Below, in pieces: positions 62,665 to 64,000 of a stretch of 64,000 bases of DNA. The stretch covers positions 96,001-160,000 of the forward strand of contig CAVTNR010000027.1 in assembly GCA_963736115.1 (NCBI GenBank), written 5' to 3'. How positions within the stretch are numbered: position 1 is the stretch's first letter; every line of letters begins with the position of its first letter. Source of the stretch: an uncultured bacterium. Lineage in GTDB: Bacteria > Zhuqueibacterota > QNDG01 > DTFT01. The position numbers and the translations under genes are program-made. The notes below the pieces were generated by a model, which saw only the letters and a program-made list of their open reading frames with translations, did no database searches and was not told the origin of the DNA.

Positions 62665-62977
62665 GAATTTCCCGGTTTTTTAGTACAATGGAATATTTCC
62701 AAGGTAATTTGCGTGAAATTTGAATAAAAAGCAAAGCATTTCCTGAGGGATGAAGAATTTTCTTGACTTTTAAGGTTAAAATTTGCATATAAATGGCGTA
62801 TGTGCAGCTCCGGCTTTCCGGCAGGCCGATTCAGAGGCAGGCCGGCGGTTTGAGAACCGTTCACCCGGCATCACCCTGAAAGGAGGCAAAGGGAAAAGGA
62901 GAGGAGCATGGCCGCCTGTTTCAGGGCGGAACCAAGCACTGCAGCCATTCATCACCCCATTTTTGAAGGAGAAAACC

Positions 62978-63634
62978 ATGCGTCATACAAGAACGATTCT
63001 TCTGGCTGTTCTCGGCCTCGCGCTTGTCGCATCTTGCGCCTATGCGCAGAGAACCCCGGGCACCTACTCCATCGGCGCTTTCGGCGGCGTGGCCATGCCC
63101 CAGGGCCCCGAGGAATTCAAGGATTACTTCAAGTCCGGCTACGGATTCGGCGGAGAGGTCAAGTACAATGTCAACCCGAAAATGAGCCTGGCCGGCAGTT
63201 TCTCCATGATCACCTTCGGAATCAAGGAAGACGCTTTCGGTGATGATATCGGCATAGAAGACGCCAAGGTGACGATTGAAGGCGGCGGCATCAAAGTCAA
63301 CGCCATCCAGGCCAATGTGCTGTATTATCTCATGCCTGCGGGATCCGCGACCGAGCTGTACGCCATCGGCGGCGCCGGTTATTATATGCAGAAAATGGAG
63401 AGCCCGGATAAAGTCGAGGTCGAGGTTGAAGGCGAAACCTACGACCTGACGGACATGTTCGACATGGGCGAGGAAGACGGCGAGAACGACATCGGTGTCC
63501 AGTTCGGCCTGGGCATGGACCTGCCCCTCGGATCCATGAATCTTTTCTTCGAGGGCAAGTACCACATCGTATTCACCGAAGACGAGAGCACCAAGCTTCT
63601 CACTGTCATGGCCGGTCTCCGTTTCCCGCTGTAA
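62978..63634 (+). CDS. Outer-membrane beta-barrel protein
   Basis: AAGGAG RBS before ATG 62978; signal peptide; barrel strands; ends GLRFPL. Confidence 0.82.
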   Translation: MRHTRTILLAVLGLALVASCAYAQRTPGTYSIGAFGGVAMPQGPEEFKDYFKSGYGFGGEVKYNVNPKMSLAGSFSMITFGIKEDAFGDDIGIEDAKVTIEGGGIKVNAIQANVLYYLMPAGSATELYAIGGAGYYMQKMESPDKVEVEVEGETYDLTDMFDMGEEDGENDIGVQFGLGMDLPLGSMNLFFEGKYHIVFTEDESTKLLTVMAGLRFPL

Positions 63635-63664
63635 ATTCCGGTCTCCGGACTATCATTTTAGTAA

Positions 63665-63707
63665 CAGGAAAAGCCCCGGTCCATCGGGGCTTTTCCTGGT
63701 TTTTTTT
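63665..63707 (+). terminator. Intrinsic terminator
   Basis: CAGGAAAAGCCCCG-loop-CGGGGCTTTTCCTG followed by a T-run. Confidence 0.88.
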
Positions 63708-63724
63708 AAGACCGAGGAATCGAC

Positions 63725-64000
63725 ATGAAACGCATCCGAATGACTGCCGTTCTGCTCTCCCTGGCGTTTTTACTCCACCCCGCATTGGCGGCCGGCCAGG
63801 CCTACTTTCTCGGCATATCGGCCGGTTCCGCCAAGCCGCTCGATCCGCCCTATGCCAGGACCTACCTGAAACCTTCCTTCGGGCCGGGCTTCCACCTGCT
63901 GATGCGCGTCAGCAGCCGCATTGGCTGCAACTTCGATTTCTGTTTTTACGATTTCGGCCTGGAGTCCAGGCGTTTCGTGGACGATAAAGGCGGAAACGCC
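63725..64000 (+). CDS. Probable second beta-barrel protein (5' part only)
   Basis: GAGG RBS; MKRIRMTAVLLSLAFLLHPALAAGQAYFLGISAG...; frame is open to the window edge. Confidence 0.6.
   Translation, partial: MKRIRMTAVLLSLAFLLHPALAAGQAYFLGISAGSAKPLDPPYARTYLKPSFGPGFHLLMRVSSRIGCNFDFCFYDFGLESRRFVDDKGGNA

Noticed and set aside
62890-62915. GGCAAA...GAAA as a c-di-GMP-I riboswitch
   Set aside because: The paired stems and second hairpin of the motif are missing.

Overview
Bacterial window, most likely from an FCB-group lineage such as candidate phylum KSB1 (inferred from gene content, not proven). It has two parts. (1) Positions ~1-25,400 are visibly AT-richer and carry an all-minus-strand island: an orphan NarL/LuxR response regulator, a KaiC with no adjacent kaiB, a baeRF3-like protein, small stress/membrane proteins (CsbD-like, GlsB/YeaQ, two lmo0937-like, DUF3185-like), a Big_5x4 + DUF3494 ice-binding-type lipoprotein, three OmpA-domain proteins, several beta-barrel proteins, an M48 peptidase and TamA/TamB. 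Four promoters in the island share a pair of 16-bp palindromes spaced exactly 25 bp apart and abutting a -35 element, which points to a self-contained regulon that includes kaiC. (2) Positions ~25,500-64,000 are GC-rich: MerR + B12 radical SAM, araB-araD-isomerase, two tandem three-gene cassettes (TonB-dependent receptor, ~1,100-aa T9SS-CTD protein, PorV), pdxST, and hydrolase/transporter genes. The window also contains IS200/IS605-like non-autonomous palindromic elements (one inserted in-frame in a gene, one supplying the pdxT stop) and inverted heptamer arrays. Five single-base frameshifts, four of them in short homopolymer runs, are probably sequencing errors. No rRNA, tRNA, CRISPR array or transposase was found.
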